Positions 24,282 through 26,483 of a stretch of DNA of 26,483 bases are shown here, one piece after another (the stretch's first letter is position 1; each line of letters starts with the position of its first letter). The stretch comes from a virus. Taxonomy: Duplodnaviria > Caudoviricetes. The notes below the pieces were generated by a model that saw only the letters and a program-made list of their open reading frames with translations, was not told the DNA's origin and made no database searches. Where the stretch lies: IMG/VR virus record IMGVR_UViG_3300022695_000151, positions 1 to 26,483 of that record; one strand, 5' to 3'. A program made the translations under genes and the position numbers.

Positions 24282-26009
24282 CTAGAGTTGTGCCGTCACG
24301 CTGAACAACACCTGGATATTGCGATTGCCGCGCGAGGCGATGTCGCGCGTGAGCGGTTTCGCCACTTCGATATCGGCCGAGATATGGCGGGCGAGATCAA
24401 AACGGAATCCCGGACCGGCCGAGGCAAGAGATTCGCTGCGCGGCTGACCCGTGGCGGGAGATATCTTCCAGACCTTGCCGACATCGTAAAAAACATAGAG
24501 TTGAGGATTGACAATCAGGGCGTTTCCGAAGGGAAGGTTGTAACGAACCTCCACCGAACCCGCCACGCCATCGTCTCCGAGGATTTCGGAGGGCTCGTAG
24601 CCGCGCCCAAAGCGGCTGCCGCCGAGGCCGAAACGGATGGCCGACAGAAGTGGCGCCGAGGAAACTTGTCCTTCGGCGGAGAGCCCCAGCTCAAATGGCC
24701 CCCACAGGCTCTGGTTGCGGGTCAGGTCGACCGTGAAACGGGTGAAGTCGCTGTGGCCGTTGGCAACGCTCAGGTTCGATGAACCGGTTTTGGTGGCACC
24801 GAGGATATTCAGGCCACGGCTCAACCCGGCGTTGATGATCGTGCTCGCCGGATGATTGTCGCCCAGCAGCGTGTCGGCCACATCGAAATTGGCGGTGAGG
24901 GAGAGATAGCGCACCCTGTCGTCGGAATAGCGGGCGCTAAGGAGATCGACGCTGCTGTTGAGCGAGGTGAAGGAAACGCCGACCCGCAATGTGCGCGAGC
25001 GAGAGCGAATCACCGGATAGTCGAGGCCCGCACGCAGGGTCAGGCTGTTACCAAGGGGATCGAGGCTCACCAGGGCGCCGCGCGGCTTGGAGCGGCTGTA
25101 GGTGGCCGCGAGCTTCAGGCGCGCTCCCTCCGGAGTGAGTATCTCATCGTGCCGGAGCGCGACGTACTGTAACTCCCGAGGCCGGTTGACGGTCGCCAAC
25201 TGGAGTGAGGTCAGGTCATCGCGGCCGAACGGGGAATTAAGATTAATGCCCACTTGTCCCTGATACGGGCCGATGGCCCTGGAGCCTCGGTTATTCGCCG
25301 AGACATAAGCGGTGACGACTTTGTGCGTCACCATGAGGTCGAGAATGGTTGCGCCGGGGATGTTCTTTGCCGGACGAAGTACGGTGCGTACCGACAGGCC
25401 GGGAATGTCTTGCATCAGAAGTACATAACGCTCCAGCGCTTTTACGGTCAGCGGACGGGTTGCCTTGATGCGTTCGGCCATGGCGGCAACGAGGCCACGG
25501 GAGTCATTGGCGTCTCCCTTGATATGCACGTCGGCGACATAGCCCTCCACCGCTTGCATATGAACCACGCCACCGATGATTTTTTGTGGTGGCACGATGA
25601 CTTGGGAGAGGATATATCCATCACGGCGGTACCTGGCGGTAAGGGTGTCGCGCAGGGTGAATACCTGTGCGAGGGTAATCTTCTTGCCGATCAGCCCGCG
25701 ATAGAGCGGTGTCAGGTCGGCGGGCTTGTACACGGTGCTGTTGTCGAGGATGACGGATTTCAGGGTAAAGGTGGTCTTAAGTGCTTCAGCCGGTAGTAAC
25801 GGCGTCTTCAGGCTCGGAATGGTGATCTCGGGTTTGGCCTTAGGCGTGGGTGCGGGTTTAAATCGTTGCTCGATGCGGTTGGGGCTGGCCGGGCCGGGGA
25901 GCGATGTGGCGGCATTGGCGGTCGGGACAAACAGCAAGCAGAGCACAGGCAGCGACAGCGCATACCCTGCCAGACGGTGCCGGAGCGATTTTCTTCGATT
26001 GATCGTCAT
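24282..26009 (-). CDS. TpsB (ShlB/FhaC/HecB-family) outer-membrane transporter
   Basis: Signal peptide, POTRA (LT..YR.DGYILSQV.VPPQ.I..G.V....VEGY), NNRGS...GP, F.LGG..FGRGY loop-6 motif, YVFYD.G. AAGGAGAG RBS. Confidence 0.93.
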   Translation of the reverse strand: MTINRRKSLRHRLAGYALSLPVLCLLFVPTANAATSLPGPASPNRIEQRFKPAPTPKAKPEITIPSLKTPLLPAEALKTTFTLKSVILDNSTVYKPADLTPLYRGLIGKKITLAQVFTLRDTLTARYRRDGYILSQVIVPPQKIIGGVVHMQAVEGYVADVHIKGDANDSRGLVAAMAERIKATRPLTVKALERYVLLMQDIPGLSVRTVLRPAKNIPGATILDLMVTHKVVTAYVSANNRGSRAIGPYQGQVGINLNSPFGRDDLTSLQLATVNRPRELQYVALRHDEILTPEGARLKLAATYSRSKPRGALVSLDPLGNSLTLRAGLDYPVIRSRSRTLRVGVSFTSLNSSVDLLSARYSDDRVRYLSLTANFDVADTLLGDNHPASTIINAGLSRGLNILGATKTGSSNLSVANGHSDFTRFTVDLTRNQSLWGPFELGLSAEGQVSSAPLLSAIRFGLGGSRFGRGYEPSEILGDDGVAGSVEVRYNLPFGNALIVNPQLYVFYDVGKVWKISPATGQPRSESLASAGPGFRFDLARHISADIEVAKPLTRDIASRGNRNIQVLFSVTAQL

Positions 26010-26047
26010 GCACTCTCCTTCATGACAGCTATCTGTTCACGGCACGA

Positions 26048-26084
26048 ACCATACCACTGGTCAGGTCACAGATAGGTCACAGAT
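26048..26084 (-). promoter_or_regulatory. Putative regulated promoter of tpsBA: 11-bp tandem repeat plus extended -10
   Basis: AGGTCACAGAT x2 (26063-26084). On the - strand, TGGTATGGT with TATGGT at 26053-26048. Confidence 0.45.
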
Positions 26085-26173
26085 TCAAGATTGGATGAAT
26101 TTCGATCAGGTCGGTTTGAGCCGTTCAGGGGAATTACAGAAGCGAGAAAGCGTTCCCGTTCTGTGCATGAGCG

Positions 26174-26389
26174 TTATGTCTCATCGAACACCGGGATCAA
26201 ACTTAAATGTTTGACGAACGGTATAAAATCTCTATCGGAAAAAAGTAATGGAAATTGGTTATCAATACAAAAGGTGGCAATAATGATATCTGTTGTTTTT
26301 CTGATTGTGATGCCCTTTTTTCTCAGGGCACGATAGTTGTCTGCACATTTGGAAACCATCGTATAACCAAACATATTGTATTGGTCTAA
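26174..26389 (-). pseudogene. vapC: VapC (PIN-domain) toxin, C-terminal half
   Basis: A.NYR.LRKKGITIRKT.D.IIATFCI....PLLFSDRDF.PF..HL is the VapC C-terminus. The N-terminal half (e.g. VDTS) is absent in frame. Confidence 0.8.
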
Positions 26390-26483
26390 CCCATCTTCCA
26401 CACGATTTTCTCAAAAAAGCCATTTCAGACTGAAAAATCGTTGAAAAATAACGAATCTTCTTTCAGTTTGGATTGTAGTGCCA

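Noticed and set aside
23145-24782. 545-aa + strand ORF
   Set aside because: Antisense shadow of the GC-rich tpsA/tpsB genes. Arg/Gly-rich with no recognisable motifs.
26091-26336. 81-aa + strand ORF
   Set aside because: Mostly antisense to the vapC fragment, with a TTG start and no clear family.

Overview
Positions ~267-22555 hold the late (morphogenesis) half of a Mu-like transposable prophage on the + strand. It has a Mu-type head module (terminase, DUF935 portal, MuF/gpF, gpG, protease/scaffold, gpT capsid, gp36/gp37) and a P2-type contractile tail module (V, PAAR, W, J, I, fibre, sheath, tube, E/E', tape measure, U, X, D), an arrangement like BcepMu. The right phage end is visible as 22-bp tandem sites ending in ...TTACA at 22555, and it falls inside, and appears to truncate, a host two-partner-secretion tpsA gene next to its tpsB. 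The left side is broken: an IS110 transposase stub and a 5'-truncated small terminase are joined through a cluster of short CTGTCCC/CTGACCCC motifs. The same motif family recurs at other gene junctions, most strikingly as an 80-nt hairpin separating two alternative MuF N-termini that a perfectly phased A_AAA_AAG -1 slippery site could reconnect. Other notable items are a MuF C-terminal putative RNase domain followed by a multi-stem RNA instead of a normal immunity gene, a capsid protein with a signal-peptide-like leader, several accessory (moron) genes (one with a HEPN RxxxxH motif, one flanked by 15-bp direct repeats), and a vapC fragment at the far right. All family assignments come from motif recognition and synteny, not database searches.
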